The notes: generated by a model from the letters alone, not told the origin. A stretch of 62,048 bases of DNA, filler included, from 3 parts of 3 records of this genome joined end to end with filler, not necessarily neighbours in it; one strand, 5' to 3'. Counted from the first letter of the whole stretch, positions 28,614 through 39,519 are shown. A program made the numbers and translations.

Positions 28614-29909
28614 ATGAAACTGCATCACCAGATTTTTCTCGCCATGATTTTGGGCGGGCTGGCGGGCTGGGTGACCAGTGAAGATACCCGGATATTGGGC
28701 ATCGCCGTTATCGAAGCCTATGACCTGATCGGCACGTTGTTCATCAATGCCTTGAAAATGCTGGTGGTGCCGCTGATCACCACCGCCATCATCAGTGGTC
28801 TGGTCAACGTCGGCCAGGGCAAGAACCTGGGCCGGCTGGGCGCCAAGACCGTGCTGTTCTATATGAGCACCAGCCTGATCGCCATTCTGATCGGTTTGTT
28901 GCTGGTGAATATCACCACGCCGGGCATCATCGACGGCGAGCCAGCCCGGGATCTGCTGGGCTTCGCCGCCAACACCCAGGACGTGTTGCAAAAAATCGAG
29001 GGCCGGGGCGCCGGCGAATTCACTCAGATTCTGCTGCAAATGTTGCCGCCCAATCTGGTGCAGGCCGCCGCCGATGGCCAGATGCTGGGGCTGATCGTGT
29101 TTTCGCTGCTGTTCGGCTTTTTCCTGCGGACGCTGGCCGGAGCACCGGGCGACACCCTGCGCAACATGGTCGAGGGGTTCTACGAAGTGATGGTCAGCAT
29201 CACCATGCTGATCATCCGTTTCGCCCCGCTGGGCGTGTTCGGTCTGATCGCCGCCACTGTCACCCGCACCGGCCTGGACGCTCTGGAACCGCTGCTGTGG
29301 TTCTTCTTCACGGTTCTCGCCGCCCTGTTCCTGCATGCCTTCGTGGTGATGCCACTGCTGATCCGGGTGTTGGCGCAACGCTCCCCCTGGCGCCATTTCC
29401 AGGCCATGTCACCGGCACTGATGACCGCGTTCTCCTCGGCCAGCTCCGCCGCCACCTTGCCGTTGACCATGGATTGCGTGCAAAAGCGGTCCGGTGTTTC
29501 CAAGCGCACCGCCAGTTTCGTGCTGCCGCTGGGCGCCACCGTGAACATGGACGGCACCGCGCTGTACGAATGCGCCGCCGCCATTTTTATCGCCCAGGCC
29601 TATGGTCTGGATTTGTCCTTCGGCATGCAGTTCGCCATTGTCTTCACCGCTCTGATCACTTCCATCGGCGTCGCCAGCATCCCCGCCGCCAGCCTGGTGG
29701 CGATCACCGTGATCCTCGGCATCATCGGCCTGCCGGCGGAGGCGATTGGTTTGATTCTGGTCACCGACCGTATTCTCGACATGTGCCGTACCGCGGTGAA
29801 TGTGTGGGGCGACAGCGTCGGCGCCGTCCTGCTGGCCCGCAGTGAAGGCGAGGAAAACGTGCTGCAAACCCCGATGCGCCAACTGGATGGCCAACGCCAT
29901 GCGGTGTAG
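28614..29909 (+). CDS. Dicarboxylate/amino acid:cation symporter (DAACS)
   Basis: AFSSASSAATLP, GATVNMDGTALYE, DRILDMCRTAVNVWGD. Confidence 0.93.
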   Translation: MKLHHQIFLAMILGGLAGWVTSEDTRILGIAVIEAYDLIGTLFINALKMLVVPLITTAIISGLVNVGQGKNLGRLGAKTVLFYMSTSLIAILIGLLLVNITTPGIIDGEPARDLLGFAANTQDVLQKIEGRGAGEFTQILLQMLPPNLVQAAADGQMLGLIVFSLLFGFFLRTLAGAPGDTLRNMVEGFYEVMVSITMLIIRFAPLGVFGLIAATVTRTGLDALEPLLWFFFTVLAALFLHAFVVMPLLIRVLAQRSPWRHFQAMSPALMTAFSSASSAATLPLTMDCVQKRSGVSKRTASFVLPLGATVNMDGTALYECAAAIFIAQAYGLDLSFGMQFAIVFTALITSIGVASIPAASLVAITVILGIIGLPAEAIGLILVTDRILDMCRTAVNVWGDSVGAVLLARSEGEENVLQTPMRQLDGQRHAV

Positions 29910-29936
29910 ATCCAACCTCCGGCACGAGCGCCGGCC

Positions 29937-30725
29937 ATGAGTCAAAACAGCCCCGTGATGCTGATCACCGGCGCCGCCCACGGTCTGGGCGCCGCCCTGG
30001 CCCGGGCGGCCGTCGATGATTACCGGCTGGCGCTGCTGGATCGTGATGAATTGGCCGGGCAGACCCTGGCCAACACTCTGCGCGGCCGTACCGGTGAGGT
30101 GCTCTTCCTGCATGCCGATGTCAGTGATGAACGCGCGGTCCGCCAGGCAATGGAACGAATACAGCGGCGCTGGGAACGGCTGGACGTGGTGATCAACAAC
30201 GCCGGCGTGGCCGACACCGGCCCGTTCGAGGCACTCGGCAACCACGGCTGGGAAACACTGTGGCGGACCAATGTGATGGGCACGGTGTATGTGTGCCGGG
30301 CGGCGCTGGCGCTGATGAAACGCCAGAACAGCGGCCACCTGATCAACATCTCGGCGCTGGCGGGTATCACCGGGCCACCTGGATTGAGCAGTTACGCCGC
30401 CTGCGGCGGCGCCCTGGTGCGGCTCAGCGAGGCGCTGGCGGCGGAGCTGGCCGGCACTGGCATCGCCGTCAGCGTCGCCTGTCCCGACCTCTTCGCCAGC
30501 ACGCTGCATCAGCGGCTGACCGGTGCCGACCCGCTCAGCCGGGCGCGCCTGGAACGGGCCATGCGCCGCGCCGCCGATGACGTCGACACCGTCGCCAGGG
30601 AAATCCTCGGCGCCACCGCCAAACGGCCGCTGTACATTTTCCCGCAAGCGGAAGCCCGCCGCGCCTGGCGCCGCAAGCGACGCAATCCGGTGCGTTTTTT
30701 CCATAAATGGCAAAAACGCGGTTAA
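29937..30725 (+). CDS. SDR family oxidoreductase with atypical active site
   Basis: ITGAAHGLG, DVS and NNAG present; YAACG instead of YxxxK. Confidence 0.82.
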   Translation: MSQNSPVMLITGAAHGLGAALARAAVDDYRLALLDRDELAGQTLANTLRGRTGEVLFLHADVSDERAVRQAMERIQRRWERLDVVINNAGVADTGPFEALGNHGWETLWRTNVMGTVYVCRAALALMKRQNSGHLINISALAGITGPPGLSSYAACGGALVRLSEALAAELAGTGIAVSVACPDLFASTLHQRLTGADPLSRARLERAMRRAADDVDTVAREILGATAKRPLYIFPQAEARRAWRRKRRNPVRFFHKWQKRG

Positions 30726-30947
30726 CAGTGAATAGGGAACAGTGAATAGTTGCGCGTGCTACGAAAGGCGGTAACTGAAATCAAAGAGGCCGCGTCCGGG
30801 ACAGGGAGCGGCCTCTTTGATTGGAAAAACAAAAAAGCGGACTATTGCGGATCGGCAAACGGCCTTTGCGTCATCGCAACGCCGCTTTCTTTTCACTATT
30901 AACTATTCACTGTTAACTCTTCCCTGTTCCCTATTAACTCTTCACTG
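30721..30947. repeat. Heptamer inverted-array element with central terminator-like hairpin, copy 2 (opposite orientation to copy 1)
   Basis: Left array 30721-30750; hairpin aatcaaagaggccgc...gcggcctctttgatt at 30779-30822; right array 30893-30947. Confidence 0.85.
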
Positions 30948-31454
30948 CTTTTCTTTTATATACCGCAGCGTGGCCCGATAGTCCCCTTCCAACGCCTGGT
31001 CGAAACGCTGGCCGATCAGTTTTTCCAGTTTGCCGCCCACCAGGGGCACCGAGGAGCGCACCGCCACCTGGGTGATCTGGCGGGATTCGCCGCCGCCATC
31101 GCTGCCGGGTAGCAGTGTCATGGTGCCGCTGACTTTCACCGGCACATTGCCGAGGGCGAAGCGGTATTCCGCGCGGTACCCGCCTTCCGGCGCCGGGTGC
31201 CAACGGAATTCCGTGGTCAGGTCGGCCCGGGTGGGCAGAAAGCGGCGGGCGAAACCGGGAATTTTGTCGGCGCGGATGGTAATCGGCTGGACGATGCGGA
31301 TCAGCGCGCCGTCCTCGGTCTGTTCAAAGGCATCAAAGCGATAATCCTCCACCTTCCCCCAGGCATAACGCTGCTCGAAAAACGCCTTGCTGGTCAGAAT
31401 CGCGTACAACGTTTCCACATCCACCGGATAGCGGCGCTCCACCGTCATTTCCAT
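30942..31454 (-). CDS. DUF2505-like (START/SRPBCC-fold) protein
   Basis: IPGFARRFLP, GNVPVKVSGTMTL, SSVPLVGGKLEKLI; start ATG 31454. Confidence 0.78.
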   Translation of the reverse strand: MEMTVERRYPVDVETLYAILTSKAFFEQRYAWGKVEDYRFDAFEQTEDGALIRIVQPITIRADKIPGFARRFLPTRADLTTEFRWHPAPEGGYRAEYRFALGNVPVKVSGTMTLLPGSDGGGESRQITQVAVRSSVPLVGGKLEKLIGQRFDQALEGDYRATLRYIKEKQ

Positions 31455-31577
31455 GTTGTCTCCCGAACGTTTTTTCGTATTGGCCAGTAAGCCTGTGTGC
31501 AAAGAACTCTATGATGGGCCAGAAACGGCGGGGAAGGTACACTGGAATACCAGTTCTGAACAGGATCGGGGGGCAGC

Positions 31578-32774
31578 ATGAGCGACGCACGTCCCTATGC
31601 CTTGGTGTTATACGGCGCCACCGGTTTCACCGGCGGGCTCACCGCCCGCTACCTGAGCTGTCATTTGCCCCGGGATGTCCGCTGGGCCATCGCCGGACGG
31701 CACCGTGATGGTCTGGAGAAAATCGCCGCCGCCCTGGAACAGCGCGGCCACCGTCCGGATCTGCTGATTGCCTGCAGCGACGACGACACCAGCCTCGATG
31801 CCATGGCCGCCAGGACCCGGGTACTGGCCAGCACGGTGGGGCCCTATGTCCGTCATGGTGAACCGCTGGTACGGGCCTGCATCAGCCAGGGTACCCACTA
31901 CTGTGATCTCACCGGTGAGCCGGAGTTCGTCAATCGCCTGCTGCTGGAACACCATGCCGCTGCCCGCGACGCCGGCTGTGCCATCGTCAACAGTTGCGGC
32001 TTTGACTCCATTCCCTACGATGCCGGCGTGCTGTTCACCATCAACCGGCTGACCCAGGCCCACGGCCGCCCGCTGGACCAGCCGGTAACGGTGGAAGGGG
32101 CGCTGACCGCTTCCGCCGAGTTTTCCGGCGGCACCTGGCATTCCGCCCTGGAGGTCTTCGCCCGCCCCGGCGCCAATCGCGACAGCCTGCGCCGGGCCAA
32201 CGAGCAACTGCGCCGGGACTATCCGAGACAGGTCGCCACTGTGCCCTTCCGCGCACGGCGCGACGCGGATCTGGGCGGCTGGCTGGCACCGCTGCCAACC
32301 ATCGACCCGATGGTGGTGCTGCGCTCCGCCCGCGCTCTGGAGCGCTATGGCCCGCAATTCCGCTATGGCCATTACCTGGCCAGCGGCAATCCGCTCAAGC
32401 TGGGCCTGGGCGCCGCCGCCGTCGGCGCGTTGATCGGCGCGGCGCAAGTGGGCCCGCTGCGGCGCTGGCTGTTGCAACGCCGCCCCGCTGGCGAAGGCCC
32501 GGACGCGGCCACCCGTGCCCGCTCCTGGTTCCAGGTGAGATTGCGCGGGCGCTGTGGAGACAGTGAGGTGCTGTGCCAGGTGTCCGGTGGCGATCCCGGC
32601 TACGACGAGACCGCCTGTATGCTCGCCGAAACCGTCATGGCGCTGGCACTGGATCCGGGCCAGCCCCAGGATACCGGTGTCATCACCCCGGTGATGGCGT
32701 TAGGGGACCCGTTGCTGGAGCGCCTGATCAAAGCCGGCCTCCGTTTCGAGCAGCTTCAACGGACCAGCGGATAG
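31578..32774 (+). CDS. Saccharopine dehydrogenase-like NAD(P)-binding oxidoreductase
   Basis: LYGATGFTG, WAIAGR, TVGPY, HYCDLTGE, CGFDSIP, GDPGY.ET. Confidence 0.9.
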   Translation: MSDARPYALVLYGATGFTGGLTARYLSCHLPRDVRWAIAGRHRDGLEKIAAALEQRGHRPDLLIACSDDDTSLDAMAARTRVLASTVGPYVRHGEPLVRACISQGTHYCDLTGEPEFVNRLLLEHHAAARDAGCAIVNSCGFDSIPYDAGVLFTINRLTQAHGRPLDQPVTVEGALTASAEFSGGTWHSALEVFARPGANRDSLRRANEQLRRDYPRQVATVPFRARRDADLGGWLAPLPTIDPMVVLRSARALERYGPQFRYGHYLASGNPLKLGLGAAAVGALIGAAQVGPLRRWLLQRRPAGEGPDAATRARSWFQVRLRGRCGDSEVLCQVSGGDPGYDETACMLAETVMALALDPGQPQDTGVITPVMALGDPLLERLIKAGLRFEQLQRTSG

Positions 32775-32812
32775 CTTGATGGCGGGCCCGTGAGCCAGTA
32801 GTGCCCCATAAG

Positions 32813-32851
32813 TGCAAAAGCGCCAGACGCCGGAGGCTTGACGCTTTTGCA
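32813..32851. terminator. Hairpin between convergent genes
   Basis: tgcaaaagcg...cgcttttgca stem. Confidence 0.5.
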
Positions 32852-32860
32852 TGGTCGCGT

Positions 32861-32930
32861 ATTCGCTGCCAAGGCCGCTCCCACAGCGGCTTCGTGGTTC
32901 GGCCCGTGGGAAGCTGCCTTGGCAGCGAAT
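32861..32930. repeat. REP doublet (GTGG-type)
   Basis: attcgctgccaaggccgctcccac / gtgggaagctgccttggcagcgaat in inverted orientation. Confidence 0.8.
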
Positions 32931-32947
32931 CAGCGTGCCAGAGAGAC

Positions 32948-33901
32948 TCAAACCGCCGCCTGCGCGGCCGGAGAGCGCGCCAGGTACGCCAGCGCCTGTT
33001 CGGTGTTTCCTTCAAAGAACGGATGGAAGCCGGGGTGAATCCAGCGCAGGGTCGCCGCCACCAGAAAGCTGAAGGTGGGCACATTGCCGGTGCGGCGCCC
33101 GGTGCGCTGCAACCGCCATAACAGTCGCGGAATCCACTGCCGGCCGATCCGGCGCACGCGCGGATCCGGATCCTGGCGCGCCAGGCTGCGCGCGCCTTCG
33201 GAGATGAAGTAAATGAACAATGGAAACACCAGCGCCATCAACGCCTGTCGGCTGACATAGAACCCCAGTTGGGTGCGGCACAGATGATCGAACAGATCGA
33301 AGGCCACGGTGCGGTGCTCGACCTCCTCCGCCAGATGCCATTTGAACAGGTCCGCCATGGCGGCGTCGCCCTGCTCTTCCCAGGACGTATTGTCCATCGC
33401 CCATTGGCCGAGTACCCCCGTGAAGTGTTCGATCGCGGCGATGAGGCCCACCCGCAGCACCAGCCAGGGCTTTTCCAGATGACGCTGCCGAAACATCGGT
33501 ACCGCCAACGGCGTATCACCCAGGAAAGTGCCAAATAGCCAATCCACCCGCGCCACATAGTCCTCCACGCTCAAGCCGTGGCGGCGCAGGTACTCCTGGG
33601 CGCCGGAGTGGGCACGAGAGTGAATCGCTTCCTGGCGAATGAAGCCCTCCACCTCGGCCCGCAAAGCGTCATCACTGATCAGCGGCAGGGCCTGGTTATA
33701 GACGCGACAGAACCACAGTTCCCCGGCAGGCAGCAGCAAATGGATGCCGTTGATCATGTAGGAGGAAAACGGGTCTTCCGGCAACCAGTGCAGTGGCGTC
33801 CCGGAGAAATCGAAGCGGACACGGCGGGCCTTCAAGGAATGGCCCGCCGCGCGATGCAGCTGTTGTGCTTTTTGTTTGGCGGTGGACATGTCGGATTCCA
33901 T
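32948..33901 (-). CDS. Predicted metal-dependent hydrolase (diiron-type HEA/EH motifs)
   Basis: LPAGE.WF, FIRQEAIHSRAH, AAIEHFT, WHLAEEVEHRTVAFD. Confidence 0.88.
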   Translation of the reverse strand: MESDMSTAKQKAQQLHRAAGHSLKARRVRFDFSGTPLHWLPEDPFSSYMINGIHLLLPAGELWFCRVYNQALPLISDDALRAEVEGFIRQEAIHSRAHSGAQEYLRRHGLSVEDYVARVDWLFGTFLGDTPLAVPMFRQRHLEKPWLVLRVGLIAAIEHFTGVLGQWAMDNTSWEEQGDAAMADLFKWHLAEEVEHRTVAFDLFDHLCRTQLGFYVSRQALMALVFPLFIYFISEGARSLARQDPDPRVRRIGRQWIPRLLWRLQRTGRRTGNVPTFSFLVAATLRWIHPGFHPFFEGNTEQALAYLARSPAAQAAV

Positions 33902-33999
33902 CTGGACGTTGTCTAGATAGAATCTAATTTACATCGATCAATGTCACTGTCAACAATGTCGAGCCACCGAAATGCCGCCGGTACCGGTCTCGGTCGTCC

Positions 34000-34875
34000 T
34001 TACGAGGCCAGAAAGCCCTGGATCTCCGCCGCCACCGGCTCGGGCGTATCCATATGCAAATGATGACGTCCAGGCAGGATGACCCGGCGGGCGTCCCGGA
34101 GCCAGTCGAAGCGGTGCTCGAATTTCACCTCGCCGGCGAGGCCATTCTCCCCCAGGATCAGCAAGGTGGGTGCTTCAATGGCGCGGACAAAGCCTTCCAC
34201 CTGTTCCTCGGTGAAGCGAACCGAGGAGGCAATCCGCAAGCGCATGTCGGTACGCCAGGTCCAGCCGCCTTCCACCGCCACCAGCCCCCGCTCGCACAGC
34301 AGCCGCGCGGATTCGGTTTCGAGACCGCCAAGCGCGGGCCGGCGCACCGCCACCGCATCGTCCTGGTGGGCATAGACCGGCTTGCGCTTCTCCGGCAGCG
34401 AGTGCATCTGATCGATGGCCGTGCGCAGCGTGCTGGCCACTTCATTGGCGGGCGTGGCCGGCGGGCCCAGCCCTTCAATCAGCACCAGTTTGCTGACCCG
34501 CTCAGGGAAAGTGGCGGCGAACAGGCAGGCCACCCCTGCCCCCATGGAATGTCCCATCAACACGAAGCGGTCCCAGCCCAATTGGTCGGCCACGGCGAGC
34601 ACGTCGCGCACATGGTCCACGTAATGGGTGGCCAGCTCCGCCGGGCGGTGCTCGGAATGTCCATGGCCGGCGAAGTCCAGCGCCACCATGGGCCGGTTCA
34701 AATGCGCGGACAGCGGCAGAAAAGAAGCGGCATTGTCGAGCCAGCCATGCAGCGCCAGAATCGGTTCGCGCTCTTCCTCCGCATGCGGCCCATCCCAATA
34801 CAGCGCCGCCAGGGTCTGTCCGTAGGCGGAAAAGCGGCGTTCTTCAGGCACTCTTTTGGTCGGCGGGGAGGACAT
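34000..34875 (-). CDS. Alpha/beta fold hydrolase
   Basis: LHGWLDNAASF, GHSMGA, GRHHLH. Confidence 0.9.
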   Translation of the reverse strand: MSSPPTKRVPEERRFSAYGQTLAALYWDGPHAEEEREPILALHGWLDNAASFLPLSAHLNRPMVALDFAGHGHSEHRPAELATHYVDHVRDVLAVADQLGWDRFVLMGHSMGAGVACLFAATFPERVSKLVLIEGLGPPATPANEVASTLRTAIDQMHSLPEKRKPVYAHQDDAVAVRRPALGGLETESARLLCERGLVAVEGGWTWRTDMRLRIASSVRFTEEQVEGFVRAIEAPTLLILGENGLAGEVKFEHRFDWLRDARRVILPGRHHLHMDTPEPVAAEIQGFLAS

Positions 34876-35695
34876 GCTCGGCTCCGGTCAGTTCCACGAT
34901 CAGTTCCCGCACCATTTCAGCGGTGCGCTCCGGGTATTGCAACGGGTACATGTGCCCTCCCGGCGAGAACAGGCGGCGCAGACGATGGCGGCGCGCGTGC
35001 CGTGCGCCGCTGTGATGAAACGGCGGCGGCGAGTCCTGGCCGGTGACCAGGGCGCCGGGTACCTTGAGGCGGGGCATGCGCGTGAGACCGGTGGGGACTT
35101 CGCGGAAGATGGCCACTTCGATTGCCGGGCGGAAGCGCAGCCGCCAGCCGTCACCGTGACGCTCCAGACCGGCCCGCAGATAATCCCGCAGGCAGCGCGG
35201 ATCGAACGCCTTGAAGAAGCCACGGGAGCCGAAGTAGCTTTCCACGTCCTCCCAGTTGTCCCAATGATCGAGCCGGGTTTTGCTGAGGCCGGCGGGGGTG
35301 AACCGGTCCTGCAGGCCCAGCGCCTTGATGCCGCGCATGACCACGCCGCGGAATCCGTTGGCCATGGGTGGATCCAGCATGATCAGCGCCTTGAACCAGT
35401 CCGGGTGGCGCTGGGCCACGTGAAACATCAGCACCGAGCCCATGGAATGGCCCAGGCCGATCAGCGGCTTGGGCAGCTCCCGCATCCACTCTTCCAGTTC
35501 CAGGCTCAGGCTTTTCCAGTCGGCGTCCACCGGGAAACGCGCATCGTGCGCCAGACACTCCATAATCCGCACATCATAGTGCTCCGCCAGCGGCGCCAGA
35601 AAGGTGTCGTAACTGTGACCGGGCACACCGTTGGCATGGGCGAACGCGAGCGTGGTTTCGCGCCCGGCGTCACCGGTGTTATCGGTATCCGTCAT
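34844..35695 (-). CDS. Alpha/beta fold hydrolase
   Basis: FAHANG, GHSMG, GGHMYPL. Confidence 0.88.
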   Translation of the reverse strand: MTDTDNTGDAGRETTLAFAHANGVPGHSYDTFLAPLAEHYDVRIMECLAHDARFPVDADWKSLSLELEEWMRELPKPLIGLGHSMGSVLMFHVAQRHPDWFKALIMLDPPMANGFRGVVMRGIKALGLQDRFTPAGLSKTRLDHWDNWEDVESYFGSRGFFKAFDPRCLRDYLRAGLERHGDGWRLRFRPAIEVAIFREVPTGLTRMPRLKVPGALVTGQDSPPPFHHSGARHARRHRLRRLFSPGGHMYPLQYPERTAEMVRELIVELTGAEHVLPADQKSA

Positions 35696-35887
35696 GCATG
35701 AACCTCAGAACCAGCGTGGAAAGGCGGACATCATAGCCACACCGGCGGGGAAACACATGGACCAATTACGACATCATGGGGGGCGAATTCGGTCAGCCGG
35801 GCGCTCAACGCAACGCAGGTCCGCTCGTGTACAATGCCCCGATGGCCGACGGCCGCCAGCGGCCGAGTAACGATCCGAGGAAAAGGC

Positions 35888-36709
35888 ATGACTCTGATTT
35901 CTTTCAACATCAACGGTATTCGCGCCCGTCTGCATCAGTTGGAGGCGGTGATCAACAAGTACCAGCCGGCGCTGATCGGTCTGCAGGAAACCAAGGTGCA
36001 GGACAGCGAGTTTCCCGAACAGGCAGTGCGGGATATGGGTTATCACCCCTATTATTTCGGCCAGAAGGGACATTACGGCGTCGCCCTGATCACCCGTGAG
36101 CCGCTGGCGGATATTCGCTATGGCTTTCCCGGCGATGGCGAGGAAGCGCAAAAGCGCATGATCATCGGCCGTCTGCATGATCGCGATGGCGCTCCGGTGA
36201 CGGTACTCAACGGCTACTTTCCACAGGGCGAGAACCGTTCCCATCCGACCAAATTCCCGGCCAAGCAGAAGTTCTACGAGGACCTGCAACAGTACCTGGA
36301 AAGCGAACACAAGCCGGATGAGCAATTGGTGATCATGGGCGATTTCAATATTTCCTCCACCGATCTGGACATCGGCATCGGCGAGGACAATCGCAAACGC
36401 TGGCTGCGCGAGGGCAAAACCAGCTTCCTGCCGGAAGAGCGCGAATGGTGGCAGCGGCTGTTGGACTGGGGGCTGGTGGACACCTTCCGCCACCTGAATC
36501 CGCAAACCAACGACGTGTTCTCCTGGTTCGATTACCGCTCCAAGGGCTTCCACCGTGATCCGCGCCGCGGCCTGCGCATCGACACCCTGCTGGCGACCCG
36601 GCCGTTGCTCGACAAGCTCAGGGACAGCGGCGTGGATTACGATATCCGCGCCATGGAGAAACCCTCCGACCACTGCCCGGTGTGGAGCCGCTTCGACCCG
36701 ATCTCATGA
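35888..36709 (+). CDS. xthA: Exodeoxyribonuclease III
   Basis: [36 protein letters not shown]; start ATG 35888. Confidence 0.95.
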   Translation: MTLISFNINGIRARLHQLEAVINKYQPALIGLQETKVQDSEFPEQAVRDMGYHPYYFGQKGHYGVALITREPLADIRYGFPGDGEEAQKRMIIGRLHDRDGAPVTVLNGYFPQGENRSHPTKFPAKQKFYEDLQQYLESEHKPDEQLVIMGDFNISSTDLDIGIGEDNRKRWLREGKTSFLPEEREWWQRLLDWGLVDTFRHLNPQTNDVFSWFDYRSKGFHRDPRRGLRIDTLLATRPLLDKLRDSGVDYDIRAMEKPSDHCPVWSRFDPIS

Positions 36710-37797
36710 ACGTGCGCCTGAACCTGAAACGGCTGCGCCCGGATCTGGACAGCCTGGGCTATCTGGTCGATCTGGCGATGATCGGCCTGATCCTGCTCAA
36801 TCTGGGACTGATCCTGTTCGACTGGCTGTTCCGCATCCCCGCCGTGCAGGATTTTCTGCACATGCTGTCACCGGCGTTTTTCAGCTTCTACCGGGACACC
36901 GTGCACGCCAATTTCCTCGAGATCGACCTCTGGTTCGTGGCGGTTTTCCTTACCGAGTTCGTGATTCGCTGGGGCTTCGCCATCGGCCGGCGCACCTACC
37001 ATCGCTGGTTCTTCTACCCGTTCGCGCACTGGTACGATCTGCTCGGCTGTATTCCGGTGGGCAGTTTCCGCTGGCTGCGGATCCTGCGCGTGATCAGCCT
37101 CATGTACCGGCTGCAGAAGCGGGGCGTGGTGGATTTCACCGAGACCTATCTGGGCCGCACCGTGCTCAAGTATTACCGGATCCTGGTGGAGGAGATTTCC
37201 GACCGGGTGGTGATCAACATCCTGGAAGGCGCCCAGCGGGAGATCGTCAGCGGCGGCCAGTTGATGCATCGCATCGAGCAGGACGTGCTGCTACCGCGCC
37301 GTGACGAGCTGGTGGACTACCTCGGCGGACGCATCGCCGATGCCACCCGGCGCAGTCACGACCAGTACCGGGACCAGCTCGGCGATTATCTCAGCCACCT
37401 CACCAACGAGGCGGTGAACCGCACCCCGGCGGGCCGCCGGCTGGCGGCGATTCCGGTGGCCGGCCCCCGTGCCGTCGCCCTGCTTGGCGAGACCGTGCGC
37501 GATGCCGGCGACGCTCTGGTGGAGCAATTGGTGGAGGACATCAGCGCGCCGGCCAACCGTGAAAGGCTGGATCGTCTGATCAATGATCTGATCAACACCG
37601 CCACCAGCGGCCAGCAACAACAACTGAACACGCTGATTCGCGAAACCCTGCTCGATATTCTCGAAGAAGTTAAGGCGCAAATCGCCGTGCAGCACTGGAA
37701 GCACGAGGAAGCGGATGAGCGCATGCTCGAGGAGAAGCGCCGGCAGGAGGCCCGTAAAGCGCGCCGACAACGGCGCGAACGGGAAGCCGGGCAATAA
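36706..37797 (+). CDS. Membrane protein with voltage-sensor-like (ion transport) N-domain and helical C-terminus
   Basis: Four hydrophobic segments, WYDLLGCIP and [10 protein letters not shown]4-like motif; ATGA overlap with xthA. Confidence 0.7.
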   Translation: MNVRLNLKRLRPDLDSLGYLVDLAMIGLILLNLGLILFDWLFRIPAVQDFLHMLSPAFFSFYRDTVHANFLEIDLWFVAVFLTEFVIRWGFAIGRRTYHRWFFYPFAHWYDLLGCIPVGSFRWLRILRVISLMYRLQKRGVVDFTETYLGRTVLKYYRILVEEISDRVVINILEGAQREIVSGGQLMHRIEQDVLLPRRDELVDYLGGRIADATRRSHDQYRDQLGDYLSHLTNEAVNRTPAGRRLAAIPVAGPRAVALLGETVRDAGDALVEQLVEDISAPANRERLDRLINDLINTATSGQQQQLNTLIRETLLDILEEVKAQIAVQHWKHEEADERMLEEKRRQEARKARRQRREREAGQ

Positions 37798-37822
37798 TGG
37801 AAGCGAATCCTGGTTGATCGAC

Positions 37823-37894
37823 ATTCGCTTGCAAGCAGGCTTCTCACAGGGGCTTCATTGTCCTTCTCTGTGGGAAGCTGCCTTGGTAGCGAAT
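37823..37894. repeat. REP doublet (GTGG-type)
   Basis: ctgtgggaagctgccttggtagcgaat nearly identical to 32906-32930, with a degenerate inverted partner at 37823-37849. Confidence 0.8.
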
Positions 37895-37896
37895 TG

Positions 37897-38367
37897 TCAG
37901 CAGGGCCGCTCCGGCCCGCGCAACCATAACAGGCGGGCACCGTTGGCGGCGGCCACGTCCACATCCAGCGCCGCCACCGAACCGACCCGGAACGCCGGAC
38001 GGGAGCACGGCTCACCAATCCAGGTGGCGGTGAGCAAGGACACCAGCGGCATGTGGCTGACCAGGACCAGGTTTTCCTGCTTCGGCTGCAGCATCAACCA
38101 CTCCAGAAACCGCTCCGGCTGGGCCTCGGGCACCAGGTAACCGCAGGATTCCTGTTCCATGCCGCCGAACGCCTGAGCGATGCACAGCGCGGTCTGCTGC
38201 GCGCGCCGGTAGGGGCTGGCCACCAGGCGGCCCACGCTTACCCCTTCCTCACGCAAGGTTTGCCACAGGGACAACACTTCCGCGCGGCCCCGTTCGGTCA
38301 GCGGGCGCTCCGCGTCAGTGGGGGCCTTGGCCACCGCTTCACCATGACGGCACAGGTAAACTCTCAA
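37897..38367 (-). CDS. sixA: Phosphohistidine phosphatase
   Basis: RHGEA, RPLT..G, SPY.RA.QTA, LVSHMP. Confidence 0.9.
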   Translation of the reverse strand: MRVYLCRHGEAVAKAPTDAERPLTERGRAEVLSLWQTLREEGVSVGRLVASPYRRAQQTALCIAQAFGGMEQESCGYLVPEAQPERFLEWLMLQPKQENLVLVSHMPLVSLLTATWIGEPCSRPAFRVGSVAALDVDVAAANGARLLWLRGPERPC

Positions 38368-39389
38368 GATGAGGCTCCGTGGAAGCTGAATTCCACATCG
38401 TGTTTGTGTTCGCCACTCATCAGCCTCATCACCATGGTGTCCAGCGGCTGATGATCGTAAATGATGTCGTAGAGGGCGGTGGCCAGCGGCATATAGACCT
38501 GCAGCTCCCTGGCCCGCTCCGCCACCAGCTTGATGGTGTTGATCCCTTCCGCGGTCTGTCCCAGGTCCGCCACCGCCTGTTCCAGTGACTTGCCCTGCCC
38601 CAGCTCGTAACCGACCCGGTAATTGCGGGACAGCGACGAGGAACAGGTGGCGATCAGGTCGCCCACCCCGGCCAGCCCCAGAAAGGTCAGCGGATTGGCG
38701 CCCAACCCCACGGCGAAGCGGCTCATCTCCGCCAGGGCCCGGGTCAGCATGAAGCTGCGGCTGTTCTCGCCAACGCCGATGGCCGCCGCCATCCCGGACG
38801 CCACCGCGTAGATGTTCTTGAGCGCCCCGCCCAGCTCCACACCATACAGGTCCGGGTTGTCGTAGACACGAAAGTAATCACAGCTCAGGGCTTTCTGAAT
38901 GGTGGCGCGCAGTTCTTCATCACCACTGGCGATGACGGTGCCGGTGAACTTGCGTTCGACGATCTCCCGCGCCAGATTGGGGCCGCTGAGCACCCCGACC
39001 CGGGTGTGCGGCCATTCGCGCTGCAACACCTGGCTCATCAGCAGAAAGCCGTCTTCCAGGATGCCCTTGGTGCAACTGACCACGATGGTGCCGTCCGGCA
39101 CCCAATCGCGGGCCTGGCCGAGGACCTCCACGAAGGCGCTGCTGGGGACCGCGACGAACACCAGATCGGCGCCCTTGAGCACCTCTTCCAGGCTCTCGGA
39201 TGCCACCACGCCGGCCGGCAGGGCCTGCCCTGGTAGATAGCGCGGGTTCTCACGGTCTTCATTGATGGCCGCGGCGGTTTCCGGATCGCGCACCCAGAGC
39301 CGGGTGCCGTGACCGTTTTCCGCCAGGATACTGGCCATGGCGGTACCGAAGCTGCCGCCACCGAGAATGGCCGCGGTATGTTGCGTCAT
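38364..39389 (-). CDS. gpsA: NAD(P)H-dependent glycerol-3-phosphate dehydrogenase
   Basis: [36 protein letters not shown]. Confidence 0.95.
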   Translation of the reverse strand: MTQHTAAILGGGSFGTAMASILAENGHGTRLWVRDPETAAAINEDRENPRYLPGQALPAGVVASESLEEVLKGADLVFVAVPSSAFVEVLGQARDWVPDGTIVVSCTKGILEDGFLLMSQVLQREWPHTRVGVLSGPNLAREIVERKFTGTVIASGDEELRATIQKALSCDYFRVYDNPDLYGVELGGALKNIYAVASGMAAAIGVGENSRSFMLTRALAEMSRFAVGLGANPLTFLGLAGVGDLIATCSSSLSRNYRVGYELGQGKSLEQAVADLGQTAEGINTIKLVAERARELQVYMPLATALYDIIYDHQPLDTMVMRLMSGEHKHDVEFSFHGASS

Positions 39390-39519
39390 GCAGGGCATCC
39401 TTTGTCCGGCGGCACGACCCCGGGGCCGCGCCGCGAATTTCCGGCATCATAAGAGCCTGGGCCGGATCTTTCCACCTTACGCCACTTTCCTGCTCCGGGT
39501 CCGTTGCCCGGCCTTCCTA

